Shown here: positions 53,708 through 62,708 of the stretch, in pieces
How the letters are laid out: each line of letters opens with the position of its first letter
Position numbering within the stretch: the stretch's first letter is position 1
Assembly (NCBI GenBank): GCA_965200975.1
Contig: OZ241740.1
Coordinates: forward strand, 1,346,636 to 1,410,635
Length of the DNA stretch: 64,000 nt
Source of the DNA: Dehalococcoidia bacterium
GTDB taxonomy: Bacteria > Chloroflexota > Dehalococcoidia > Lucifugimonadales > Australimonadaceae
Direction: 5' to 3'
Translations under genes and position numbers: made by a program
The notes under the pieces: model-generated
What the model was told of the DNA's origin: nothing
What the model saw: only the letters and a program-made list of their open reading frames with translations
The model's database searches: none

Positions 53708-54862
53708 ATGACAACCGTCAATCTCAGGGAGGCCGAGCTTCCCGACAAGATGGATATGTGGGAGGCGGGCGACCCGTACTTCGACTGGATTGAGCGCGAA
53801 GGCCTGAAGCGCATCGTCGACTACAAGTTCGAAGACCTCAACGACGTCGAACTGGGCGACTGGGAGCGCAAGGGCGGCAAGGGCGCAGTCATCAACATCC
53901 CCAACGGCTTCCTCCCGAACGACGCTCACCTGGTCGAGATCAAGCCCGGCGGGAAGTCAGAGCCCGAGCGCCATATGTACGAGGAGGTTATGTACGTCGT
54001 CTCCGGGCGGGGCGCGACCAGCGTCTGGCTCGACGAGGGGCAGAAGTCGACCTTCGAGTGGGCTGCCGGCAGCCTGCTCGTCATCCCGCTCAACGCCTCG
54101 TACCAGCACTTCAACGGCAGCGGCGCGGAGCCCGCGCGCTACGTGTCGATGACCAACGCCCCGCCCGTAATGCGTATGTTCCGCAGTCACGAGTTCGTCT
54201 TCGGCAACTCCTTCGCCTTCAACGACCGCTTCTCCGGGGACGACGAGGACTTCTTCAACGGGCAGGGCACGCTCTACCGCCGCAAGGGCTCCAAGTTCGG
54301 CACGATGTGGAAGACCAACTTTGTCCCCAACGCCGACATTATGAAGCTGTGGCAGTACCGCGACCGCGGCGCCGGCGGCATCAACACCCACTTCGACCTT
54401 GCCGGCAACGTCACCGGCGCCCACATCTCCGAATTCCCGGTAGGCACCTACAAGAAGGGGCACCGCCACGGCCCGGGCGCGCATCTCGTGATCCTTGGCG
54501 GCGTCGGTTTTTCCATGCTCTGGTGGGACAACGACAAGAAGAACTACGAGGTTGCCCCCTGGAAGAAGGGCGGTATGGTCATCGTTCCTGCCGACGCCAC
54601 CTTCCATCAGCACTTCAACACCGGGCCGGAGCCTGCCCGCTACCTCGCGCTCCGCAGCGGCGACGGTCAGCCTAGCCAGTGGGGCGAGTCCAACGTCAGC
54701 ATCAAGGAAGGCGGGATGCAGATCGAGTACGAGGACGAAGACCCCGAGATACACCGGATCTTCGAGTCCGAGCTCGCCAGCCACGACGCTCCCTGCCGCA
54801 TGAAGGCGTTCATCCCGTACTGCACTGGAGAAGTCGGCCCTACGAACGAGCGCGACACTTAG
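53708..54862 (+). CDS. bicupin, gentisate-1,2-dioxygenase-like family (paralog 3 of 3)
   Basis: ATG 53708 follows GGAGGAG. PGGKSEPERHMYE, SYQHFNGSG, YKKGHRHGPGAHL, DATFHQHFNTG, GGMQIEYEDEDPEIHRIFE..CRMKAFIPYCTGEVGPTNERDT. Confidence 0.7.
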   Translation: MTTVNLREAELPDKMDMWEAGDPYFDWIEREGLKRIVDYKFEDLNDVELGDWERKGGKGAVINIPNGFLPNDAHLVEIKPGGKSEPERHMYEEVMYVVSGRGATSVWLDEGQKSTFEWAAGSLLVIPLNASYQHFNGSGAEPARYVSMTNAPPVMRMFRSHEFVFGNSFAFNDRFSGDDEDFFNGQGTLYRRKGSKFGTMWKTNFVPNADIMKLWQYRDRGAGGINTHFDLAGNVTGAHISEFPVGTYKKGHRHGPGAHLVILGGVGFSMLWWDNDKKNYEVAPWKKGGMVIVPADATFHQHFNTGPEPARYLALRSGDGQPSQWGESNVSIKEGGMQIEYEDEDPEIHRIFESELASHDAPCRMKAFIPYCTGEVGPTNERDT

Positions 54863-54892
54863 CCCGCGCGCCGCAACGCTTCTGTCGCAACC

Positions 54893-54924
54893 GCGCCCCT
54901 TCCCCCGATCGGGAGAAGGGGCGC
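54893..54924. terminator. hairpin between convergent genes (GCGCCCCTTC(C)CC / GGGAGAAGGGGCGC)
   Basis: 10-bp perfect stem plus a 3-bp extension with one bulge. Lies between the bicupin 3 stop (54862) and the Rieske stop (54975). Confidence 0.45.
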
Positions 54925-54974
54925 TCTGCTCGTTAAACGGAAGCTGCCGTTGCGAGACTTACTTGCCCGACGGC

Positions 54975-56237
54975 CTAGAGGCCGACTTCTCGCCATTCGG
55001 GCAACTGCGCTCCTGCGCCCGACAGCAGCGTCTCGACGTCCGGCTTGCGCGGCACGGAGTCCTTGAACGGCCCGCCTGTGCCTTCGTAGCCGGGGTAGCG
55101 GAACTCCTCAATCGGCAGCACGATGATCTCGTTCTCTTCGGGGTTCCGCCACACGTTCATCGGCTCCCCGCCGTCCTCGACTACGCGCGCCTGCTGATCG
55201 AGCAGTCTCCGGTACAGAATAATCCCCACGTCCGAAACGCCCAGATGCTCGGTCGTTCGGTCGCTGACAGCGCCCTGTATCACCCACGCCGTAATGTCTT
55301 GCCCCATCACGTAGTCGCGCTTGATGCTGCCGTCGGGGAAGTACAGCGGCATATCCTCGTACCGCACGCTGTCAGGCTCGGTCTCGCCGTCCTCGAGCTG
55401 CCGGTACTCGTAGCGGAAATGGAGCGTGTGCGTGTCGTCGACGGGAACGCGGAACTGCAGGTTGCTCTGCACCCGCAAAATGTTCGGGAACAGCACGGGG
55501 TGCCCAATGCGCCAGTGATCGTCCTGCTCCGTCTCGTCGCCGACCATTCGGCGCTTGATTACGCCGTAGTCGGTGAGCTCGAAACCGATCTTCTTGTGAT
55601 CCGCGCCCCTGTGCGACGCCCGCCGGTTCCACGCGTCGCGCTCTTCCGCAGGCTTCAGCTTGTTCATCTGCCAGCCGCCCCAGTAGCGGTGCAGCCACTG
55701 GAAGTGGAGCGGGTCGAGCGAGTTCTCCTGGCATTGCAGCCAGTTGCACGGCAGCAAGGTGGAGTAGACGTTTTTCACGCCCGGCCACACCAGAATGTCC
55801 CACCGCGGCAGCAGCGGCGCCGGCTCCGGCCCCATATACGCGAACACCAGCCCGCCAAGTTCCTGCGCCTTGTACGCCTTAATGCGCACTTTGTCCTTGA
55901 ACTTCGAACCCTCCGGCTCCGACGGCTGGTCGACGCACTGCCCCTGCTCGTTGAATATCCATCCGTGATACGCGCAGCGGATGCCGTTCTCCTCCGGCAC
56001 GCCGTAGGAGAGGTTCGCCTTCCGGTGCGCGCAGCTCGGCTCGATCAGGCCGAGCGTTCCGCTGGCGTCGCGGTAGAGGACGAGGTCTTCGCCAAGGAGC
56101 CGCACTTCCCTGGTGGGATTGTCGGCGTTGAGTTCGGCGCTGCCGGCGATAGGGTGCCAGTACCGGCGCATCAGATCGCCCATCGGCGTGCCCGGCCCCA
56201 CCTGCGTCAAGCGGTCGTTCATCTCCTTCGAAAGCAT
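54975..56237 (-). CDS. Rieske [2Fe-2S] non-heme iron oxygenase, alpha subunit (single-component-oxygenase type)
   Basis: CAHRKANLSYG..x..CAYHGW (CxH..CxxH). ENSLDPLHFQWLH (Ex3Dx2Hx4H mononuclear Fe motif). ATG 56237 lies 6 nt after GGGAGG. Confidence 0.85.
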   Translation of the reverse strand: MLSKEMNDRLTQVGPGTPMGDLMRRYWHPIAGSAELNADNPTREVRLLGEDLVLYRDASGTLGLIEPSCAHRKANLSYGVPEENGIRCAYHGWIFNEQGQCVDQPSEPEGSKFKDKVRIKAYKAQELGGLVFAYMGPEPAPLLPRWDILVWPGVKNVYSTLLPCNWLQCQENSLDPLHFQWLHRYWGGWQMNKLKPAEERDAWNRRASHRGADHKKIGFELTDYGVIKRRMVGDETEQDDHWRIGHPVLFPNILRVQSNLQFRVPVDDTHTLHFRYEYRQLEDGETEPDSVRYEDMPLYFPDGSIKRDYVMGQDITAWVIQGAVSDRTTEHLGVSDVGIILYRRLLDQQARVVEDGGEPMNVWRNPEENEIIVLPIEEFRYPGYEGTGGPFKDSVPRKPDVETLLSGAGAQLPEWREVGL

Positions 56238-56339
56238 CTTCATCCTCCCTTGGAGCGCCTTGGAGCTTGCAGAGGCAATCATACCATCAGCCGCCGCGCA
56301 GTTGCCGCTCGCGACAGGAGAGCTGGCTCGCCTGCGCCG

Positions 56340-57044
56340 TCACCGCAGCGTCCCGGACAACCATTCCCTCAGCAGCGCGCGCAGTTCGTCCGCGCATTCA
56401 CGGAGCCCGTGGCCAGCCCCTGGGAACGTGACCAGCCGCTTCGGCCCCGGCGCCCAGCCGAGCACCGTCTCCGCATTCGAAAGAGGCAGCACCGCGTCCG
56501 ACTCGCCGTGCACGAGCAGCAGGGGCCTGCCGCCCAGGAGCACTGCGTCCTCCGCGCCCATCGTCTGCGTCGATAGTGCGGCGACTGCCCGCGCGTGCGT
56601 CGTGTACCGCGACGCCGACAGCACAACGCCGCCGCCGAACGAATGGCCCACCAGCGCAACCCGCGGATAGCCGGCGCCCGCCATATGCCATACGCCTACC
56701 AGCACATCCAGCACCGACTCGTCGAGATTGGCCGGGCGCCTGTAGTTCACTCGCAGCCCCGCAATCCCGTCAGCCGCCAGCTCCACTGCAAGGTCGCGGT
56801 ACAGTCCGTTCGCAGGGCCGGCGAACCCGCCGCGCGCTCCCGACGCCCAAACGACGCCGACCTCCGCAGGCTGCGCCGGCCGGTGCAGAATGCACGGCAC
56901 ATCGCCCCGCGTCGTGCGAAGCGTCAGCCCCTCGCCCGGCTCGCCCTCCGGCGCCTGTGCGCTGTCGGCGCCGAGCAGTTCGATCGACATGCGTTCGTAC
57001 AGCGGAGGCCGCGGAGCGTCGTCCCAACCAAACATAGAGGCCAT
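56340..57044 (-). CDS. alpha/beta hydrolase (dienelactone-hydrolase-like)
   Basis: VALVGHSFGGG nucleophile elbow, LLLVHGESD, GAGHGL. Start uncertain: the TTG 57170 extension looks non-protein-like, so ATG 57044 was chosen, but it has no clear SD. Confidence 0.65.
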   Translation of the reverse strand: MASMFGWDDAPRPPLYERMSIELLGADSAQAPEGEPGEGLTLRTTRGDVPCILHRPAQPAEVGVVWASGARGGFAGPANGLYRDLAVELAADGIAGLRVNYRRPANLDESVLDVLVGVWHMAGAGYPRVALVGHSFGGGVVLSASRYTTHARAVAALSTQTMGAEDAVLLGGRPLLLVHGESDAVLPLSNAETVLGWAPGPKRLVTFPGAGHGLRECADELRALLREWLSGTLR

Positions 57045-57214
57045 GCTACGAGCGCAGGCCCGGCTAGTCCACCAGTCTCTCAGCCGTTCAGCTTCGCCCT
57101 GGCGTCCGCCCTGAACAGCCGTCGCCCTGGCCAAAGCGCAAGTTGACCTCCACGCAGCGCAGGCGGACAATCCGACCGAACATCCGTCCGAACCAGAATC
57201 GGGAGACCTCCGTT

Positions 57215-57898
57215 ATGACCGCCACCGTAGACAACCAAACGTTCGTGCAGCAGCTGATCGACGACGTAGTCCAGCCTGCGTCCGACCGCCTGATGGAGAG
57301 CCGCTACTTCTCCGACCTCCGCGCTGGAACGCTCACTATCCGGCGGCTGCAGGGCTACGCCCTCCAGCACACCTGGTTCAACCGCGCCCTCCTCAAGGCC
57401 GGCGCTGTCCGTATGATTCGCGCAACCGACCCTTCAGCGTTCGCCGACGCTCTCGAGGGCGTTGTCGCCGAGCACGATCACCCCGATATGTGCCAGCAGT
57501 TCGGCGTCAATATCGGCCTGACCGATCAGGACTTCGCCGACACGAAGCCTATCTACGACGTGCTCTGCCACACGAGCGTCATCGTCGCCTCGTCGCTCAT
57601 CAGCGCGTCCCCTCTCGCAGGCCGCACGTCCGGCCTTACGAACGAGACGATGGTGCAGCGCTACTCCACCGAACTCTTCAATTACCTCCAGCAATCCCCC
57701 TACAACATCGCCCCCGAAAAGCTCGAGTTCTTCCGCATACACGGAATCGTCGATATCGACCACGCGGCAAGCGCAGGCGAGGACATCGCCGTGCGCATCA
57801 GCTCCGACCGCGACCGTCAGCTTGTGTGGGACGCAGCCGAGACCCAGGTCCGCCTCAAACTCGCCAAATTCGAAGGCATCTACGACTCCTACGCGTAA
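57215..57898 (+). CDS. heme-oxygenase-like fold protein (TenA/PqqC-like; possible HO-like di-iron oxidase)
   Basis: 227 aa, all-helical. AEHDH (ExxH) and VDIDH (DxxH) plus additional conserved-looking Glu/His residues. Confidence 0.45.
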   Translation: MTATVDNQTFVQQLIDDVVQPASDRLMESRYFSDLRAGTLTIRRLQGYALQHTWFNRALLKAGAVRMIRATDPSAFADALEGVVAEHDHPDMCQQFGVNIGLTDQDFADTKPIYDVLCHTSVIVASSLISASPLAGRTSGLTNETMVQRYSTELFNYLQQSPYNIAPEKLEFFRIHGIVDIDHAASAGEDIAVRISSDRDRQLVWDAAETQVRLKLAKFEGIYDSYA

Positions 57899-57925
57899 CC
57901 CCTCTCAACCGGAAGGAGCGCCCTC

Positions 57926-59125
57926 GTGTCAGATACGCTGAAGGCAGGCATCGCCGGGCTCGGCTTCGGCGCAACCGAGTTCATACCAACCCTCGAACGC
58001 CTCGATGAAATCGAAATCGTCGCAGGCGCGGATCTCCGCCCTCAGGCGCGCGATGAATTCGTCCGGCGCTACGGAGGGCGCGCCTACGACAACGCCGACG
58101 ACCTCTGCGCCGACCCCGACGTCGAGGCGGTCTGGATAGCCACGCCGAACCACCTGCACGCCGCCAATGCCATCGCCGCCGCCCGCAACGGTAAGCACAT
58201 CCTGGTTCGCAAACCGCTCGGAATCACCATGGAAGAGTGCCAGGCCGTGCTCGACGCCGTCGACGCCGCAGGCGTCAAGCTGCTCGCCGGAGGCCAAACG
58301 CAAGGTACGAGCCCGCTCATCCGCGAGGCCCGCCGCATCATCCGCTCAGGCGAGCTCGGCCCTCTCCGCGCTATGACCGTTCTCGCCTACACCGGCTGGA
58401 TGCTCCGCCCGCGAATGCCCCAGGAAGTCGACGAGTCCCTCGGCGGCGCCGTTGTCTGGCGTCAGGCCCCTCACCAGATCGAGACCGTCCGCTATCTTGC
58501 AGGCGGAGCAGTCAAAAGCGTCCGCGCCATCACCGGCGCCTGGCGCCCGGAGCGCCCCGCCGGCTCCGGCTACTACGCCGCCCTGCTCGAAATGGAAGGC
58601 GGCGCGCCCGTAACCATCACCTACAACGCCTACGGCTATTTCGACTCCCTTGGACTCACAACCTGGGCGTCGGACAACGGCGTTGCAGGGCGCGCGAAAG
58701 CCCGGCAAGCCCTGCTCGCCGGCGAGATCGACGAGGAGGCGGGCAAGGAGCTCACCCGTTTCGGCGCTGCCGGCGAAGGCAGCGTAGTCGGCGGCGACCC
58801 CGGAAGGCCCTGGACTCCGGGCAATCTCGGCGTCTTCCTCATCTCCTGCCAAAACGGCGACATCCGTATGTCGGAGAAGGGCTTGATGGTCTACGACAAC
58901 GACGGACAGCGCGAAGTCGAGGTGTTCCAGCCCGGCGGCGCCGGCATGGCGCTCGATTCCGAAGTCCTCGAGCTCTACAACGCCGTCAAACGCGGCGCGC
59001 CGCTGTTCCACGATGGACGCTGGGGCATGGCCACCGCCGAGGTGCAGTGGGCTATCATCGAATCATCCCGGCTCGGGCGCGAGATCCAGCTCAGTCATCA
59101 GGTCGCCGTCCCGCCCGGGGAGTAG
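57926..59125 (+). CDS. Gfo/Idh/MocA-family NAD(P) oxidoreductase
   Basis: GTG start follows GGAAGGAG. IAGLGFGA.., VWIATPNHLHA.., KHILVRKPL. Confidence 0.8.
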   Translation: MSDTLKAGIAGLGFGATEFIPTLERLDEIEIVAGADLRPQARDEFVRRYGGRAYDNADDLCADPDVEAVWIATPNHLHAANAIAAARNGKHILVRKPLGITMEECQAVLDAVDAAGVKLLAGGQTQGTSPLIREARRIIRSGELGPLRAMTVLAYTGWMLRPRMPQEVDESLGGAVVWRQAPHQIETVRYLAGGAVKSVRAITGAWRPERPAGSGYYAALLEMEGGAPVTITYNAYGYFDSLGLTTWASDNGVAGRAKARQALLAGEIDEEAGKELTRFGAAGEGSVVGGDPGRPWTPGNLGVFLISCQNGDIRMSEKGLMVYDNDGQREVEVFQPGGAGMALDSEVLELYNAVKRGAPLFHDGRWGMATAEVQWAIIESSRLGREIQLSHQVAVPPGE

Positions 59126-59146
59126 GCGCAAGGAGAAGCAACCGCC

Positions 59147-59506
59147 ATGCAAGTCCGCAAGATCAGCGAAACCCCCAAGGAGTCCGCCGCCGGCCCGCTC
59201 TTCACCAGCGACGACGTTAGCCGCCAACCCCTCGCCCCCGACAGCAACGACTTCAACGCCAGCGTCGTCAGCTTCGGCGACGGTGTCCGCAATAAGTTCC
59301 ACTACCACGAGAGCGACCAGCTCCTTATCGTTACGGAAGGGAAGGGCGTGGTTGTCACCGAGAGCGAGCGCGTCGAGGTCGGCGAAGGCGATGTCGTATT
59401 CGCTCCCGCCGGCGAGAAACACTGGCACGGGGCTCTGCCCGGCGGGCCTTTCGCGCACATCACCGTTACCCGCAAGGGGTCGCAGACTACCCAAACCGAA
59501 GAGTAG
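59147..59506 (+). CDS. small cupin-domain protein
   Basis: 119 aa. FHYHESDQLLIVTEGKG...FAPAGEKHWHGA. Confidence 0.65.
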   Translation: MQVRKISETPKESAAGPLFTSDDVSRQPLAPDSNDFNASVVSFGDGVRNKFHYHESDQLLIVTEGKGVVVTESERVEVGEGDVVFAPAGEKHWHGALPGGPFAHITVTRKGSQTTQTEE

Positions 59507-59529
59507 GCGAGCCGCCGCCGGCTCCCGCT

Positions 59530-59566
59530 CGCACGCGCCCTCCTGTGTTAGGAGGGCGCGTGTGCG
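59530..59566. terminator. hairpin between convergent genes (core GCGCCCTCC / 7-nt loop / GGAGGGCGC, extended with a 2-nt bulge)
   Basis: Read directly from the sequence, 24 nt after the cupin stop. Confidence 0.4.
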
Positions 59567-59620
59567 TGAGGCGGGCGTCGAGGCGAGGAGGCGAGCTGCT
59601 GCGAGCGCTGGCGAGCTGCT

Positions 59621-59929
59621 TCAATCCAGCGGGTGATCGGCGTAGTCGATCTGGTAGCTCTCTGTCGAGGGATGACCTCCGAGCAACGGCTCCAGCAGCG
59701 CGAGTTGCCGCTCGTAGAACCCGTGGGTGTCGCCGGCGTCCAGCGGGTCGTCGCTCTCCCATAGCGACATCAGCAGCCCCTTGCCGCGTCTCGTCCGCAT
59801 CAGGTAGCACCCTCCATAGCCGGTCTGCTTCCGCATCTCCGGCGCCACCTGACGCTCGAACGCGCGTTGCGCCTGCCCAAAGACTTCCTCGCTCACAACA
59901 ACATCGAAATGCGTCACCCGCGCATGCAT
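59621..59929 (-). CDS. small ABM/Dabb-like (ferredoxin-fold monooxygenase-like) protein
   Basis: 102 aa. Size and the pattern ..VTHFDV...GYGGCYLMRTRRGKGLLMSLWESDD.. are reminiscent of antibiotic-biosynthesis-monooxygenase domains. Weak call. Confidence 0.4.
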   Translation of the reverse strand: MHARVTHFDVVVSEEVFGQAQRAFERQVAPEMRKQTGYGGCYLMRTRRGKGLLMSLWESDDPLDAGDTHGFYERQLALLEPLLGGHPSTESYQIDYADHPLD

Positions 59930-60092
59930 GGCAATCCTCCGCCCAGAGAATCTATCATCTCTTCCACCTCAGTTCCCCGAACGCCCCGGCGCGGACTCGC
60001 TCCCGATTGCGCGTAATTGCGAGCGACCGCGAAGCAACTGCGAGCGGTTGCGCGCCAACAGGGCAGGGGAGCCGCCCCCCAGGAGGCCCGGA

Positions 60093-61037
60093 ATGGACAT
60101 CGGACTGATGGTCGAAGGACAGGACAATCTCGACTGGGAGCGCTGGCTCCACATTCTCGCGCTCGCGGAGCGCCTCGGCTTCCCTTCGCTCTTCCGCTCC
60201 GACCACTACTTCATCAACGAGCAGCGCCCATCGCTCGAAACGTGGACGTCGCTCGCCGTTGCAGCCCGCGAAACGTCCTCCCTCCGCTTCGGGCCGCTGG
60301 TGGCGCCGGTAACATTCCGCCACCCTGTCGACGTAGGACGAATGGCCGCCCAGCTCGACCTCCTCAGCGGGGGACGCTTTGTCCTCGGCCTCGGCAACGG
60401 CTGGCACGAACCGGAGCACGCCGCGTACGGCTTGCCGTTCCCCGAACGCGGCGAACGCTCCGGTCGGCTCGGCGAAGCTATCCGGCTGATGAAGGCGATG
60501 TGGGGCCCCGGCCCCGCCTCGTTCGAAGGCAAGTACTACCAGCTGCGCGACGTCGACGCGCTCCCCAAACCAGCTCCTGGCCGCCCGTGGCTGGTCATCG
60601 GCGGAAGCGGCCCGCAGCGCACCCTCCGCTACGTCGCTCAGTACGCCGACGAGTGGAACACTCCCAACGCTCCCGCCGCCGCAATGCGCGAGCGCATTGC
60701 AGTGCTCGAATCGCACTGCGACGCTCTCGGACGCGACCCCGCAACCATCAAGAAGTCGATGATGACGTTCGCGCTCGTCGGCCCCGACCGCCGGACTATC
60801 GAGCGCAACATGGCGCGCGTCCCCCGCCTCGCCGAACTCTCCACCTACGCGGAGAAGCGCGCCGCCGCTCTCGAACGCGGCCAGCTCGTCGGGGGCGCCG
60901 AGGAAGTCGTCGAGCAGCTCGGTCGGCTCGCGGAGCTCGGCGTCAGCGAAGTCCAGTTCCAGCACCTCGATTTCTACGACGACGCCGTTCCCGAATTCCT
61001 CGCCGCCGAGATCGCTCCCCAGGTGAAAGAGCTGTAG
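60093..61037 (+). CDS. luciferase-like monooxygenase (LLM), F420-dependent-oxidoreductase class
   Basis: ATG 60093 lies 6 nt after AGGAGG. MDIGLMVEGQ.., SLFRSDHY, LDLLSGGRFVLGLGNGW, IGGSGP.RTLRYVAQYADEWN. Confidence 0.8.
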   Translation: MDIGLMVEGQDNLDWERWLHILALAERLGFPSLFRSDHYFINEQRPSLETWTSLAVAARETSSLRFGPLVAPVTFRHPVDVGRMAAQLDLLSGGRFVLGLGNGWHEPEHAAYGLPFPERGERSGRLGEAIRLMKAMWGPGPASFEGKYYQLRDVDALPKPAPGRPWLVIGGSGPQRTLRYVAQYADEWNTPNAPAAAMRERIAVLESHCDALGRDPATIKKSMMTFALVGPDRRTIERNMARVPRLAELSTYAEKRAAALERGQLVGGAEEVVEQLGRLAELGVSEVQFQHLDFYDDAVPEFLAAEIAPQVKEL

Positions 61038-61188
61038 CGGTCTGCGGGAGCGCGCCCGCTCCCAGCTTTTCGAATTCCTGGGAGTCTGAGGAAGCGTGAA
61101 CAGTGGCCGCGCCGCGCGTCCGCTTGACCAGCGACCGCAAGGGCGCCAAGCTTACAGCGTCCGACCAATCCCTCCCAAGGAGGCAGCT

Positions 61189-61926
61189 ATGGCTGAGCGT
61201 GTCTGGGAAAAGTACCTCAGTGAAGCCGACCGCGAGCACATCGCCGCGAGCGGACACAAGACCAAGGGCTTCGGCGCGCGCCCAGCCCTCCTGATGATCG
61301 ACCTCTACCGCTGGGTGTTCGGCGACCGCCCGGAGCCTCTGATGGAGGCTGTCAAGACCTGGCCGGGAAGCTGCGGCCTCGCCGCCTGGGAGTCTCTCCC
61401 GCACATTCAGCGGCTCCTCGCCGCCGCCCGCGAGGTCGGAATGCCCGTCGTCCACGTCACCGGCCTCCCTGAAGAGGACTCCGGCGTCCTCGGCTGGTCC
61501 GGTTCGGGCAAGAAGCGTCAGGGACGCGCCGGCTATATGGGCGGCGGCATCGACGTCAAGGGCAAGTACGACATCATCCCCGAACTCCAGCCCATCGAGG
61601 GCGAGGCGTTCCTCCGCAAGTCTTCCCCAAGCGCCTTCTGGGGAACTCCCATCAACGGGCACCTCACCGCCCTCGGCGTCGATACGCTTATCGTAGCCGG
61701 CGAGAGCACCAGCGGTTGCGTTCGAGCGTCCGTCGTCGACGGCTGCACGAACCGCTACCGAATGGTCATCGCCGAAGAGTGCGTCTTCGACCGCCACGAA
61801 GCCCCCCACGCCATCAACCTCTTCGATATGAACCAGAAGTACGCCGACGTCCTGGCCGTCGACGAAATCATCGAGTGGATGCACGCCTGGCAAGCCCCCG
61901 AAGGCTACGGCCAGGAGCCGGAGTAG
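61189..61926 (+). CDS. isochorismatase-family cysteine hydrolase (amidase type, e.g. maleamate / N-carbamoylsarcosine amidase-like)
   Basis: ATG 61189 follows AAGGAGG. ALLMIDLY.., LIVAGESTSGCVRAS (catalytic Cys). Confidence 0.7.
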   Translation: MAERVWEKYLSEADREHIAASGHKTKGFGARPALLMIDLYRWVFGDRPEPLMEAVKTWPGSCGLAAWESLPHIQRLLAAAREVGMPVVHVTGLPEEDSGVLGWSGSGKKRQGRAGYMGGGIDVKGKYDIIPELQPIEGEAFLRKSSPSAFWGTPINGHLTALGVDTLIVAGESTSGCVRASVVDGCTNRYRMVIAEECVFDRHEAPHAINLFDMNQKYADVLAVDEIIEWMHAWQAPEGYGQEPE

Positions 61927-61931
61927 AAACC

Positions 61932-62690
61932 ATGGGCCGCCTCGACGACCGCGTCATCATCGTAACCGGAGGCGCCGCCGGCATTGGGCGCGCCTTCGCC
62001 GGAGGGTTCGTGCGCGAGGGCGCCAAAGTCGTGCTCGCCGACATCAACGGCCCTGCGGCTGAAGCCTCCGCCGCCGAACTCAACAGCGCCGGCGGCGAGG
62101 CGATGGCCGTGACCGTCGACGTGTCCGACCAGGCCCAGACCGAGGCGATGGCTGCAGCCGCTGTCGCCCGGTTCGGCAAGATAGACGGGCTCGTCAACAA
62201 CGCGGCTATCGCCCTTCGCGTGCGCCACACGCGCGCTCCGCTCGAAGAGATACCCATCGACGAGTTCGACCGCATGCTTGCAGTCAATCTCAAGGGCGTC
62301 TTCCTCTCCTCCCGCGCCGTCGTTCCTTATATGAAGGAGCGCAACTACGGCAAGATCGTCAATATGAGCTCCGGCACCTTCTTCAACGGGCGCGAGAACC
62401 TCGTCCACTACGTCGCTTCCAAAGGGGGCGTCATCGCCTTCACCCGCGTCCTCGCCCGGGAAGTCGGGGATTGGAGCATCACGGTCAACTCCATCGCCCC
62501 CGGCCTCACCGCCAGCGAGACGGAGGAGCATTCGATGGAGGAGTTCGCGCTGCGCATCCCCAACCGCGCCATCAAGCGCATCGAAATGCCCGAAGACCTG
62601 GTGGGCGCAGCCCTCTTCTTTATGTCCGCCGAAAGCGATTTCATCTCAGGACAGACGCTCGTCGTGGACGGCGGCGTCGCGGTCCACTAA
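61932..62690 (+). CDS. short-chain dehydrogenase/reductase (SDR)
   Basis: MGRLDDRVIIVTGGAAGIGRA.., NNAA, YVASK. Tandem paralog of the next gene. Confidence 0.85.
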   Translation: MGRLDDRVIIVTGGAAGIGRAFAGGFVREGAKVVLADINGPAAEASAAELNSAGGEAMAVTVDVSDQAQTEAMAAAAVARFGKIDGLVNNAAIALRVRHTRAPLEEIPIDEFDRMLAVNLKGVFLSSRAVVPYMKERNYGKIVNMSSGTFFNGRENLVHYVASKGGVIAFTRVLAREVGDWSITVNSIAPGLTASETEEHSMEEFALRIPNRAIKRIEMPEDLVGAALFFMSAESDFISGQTLVVDGGVAVH

Positions 62691-62708
62691 ACCGGCAAGG
62701 AGCGGCGC

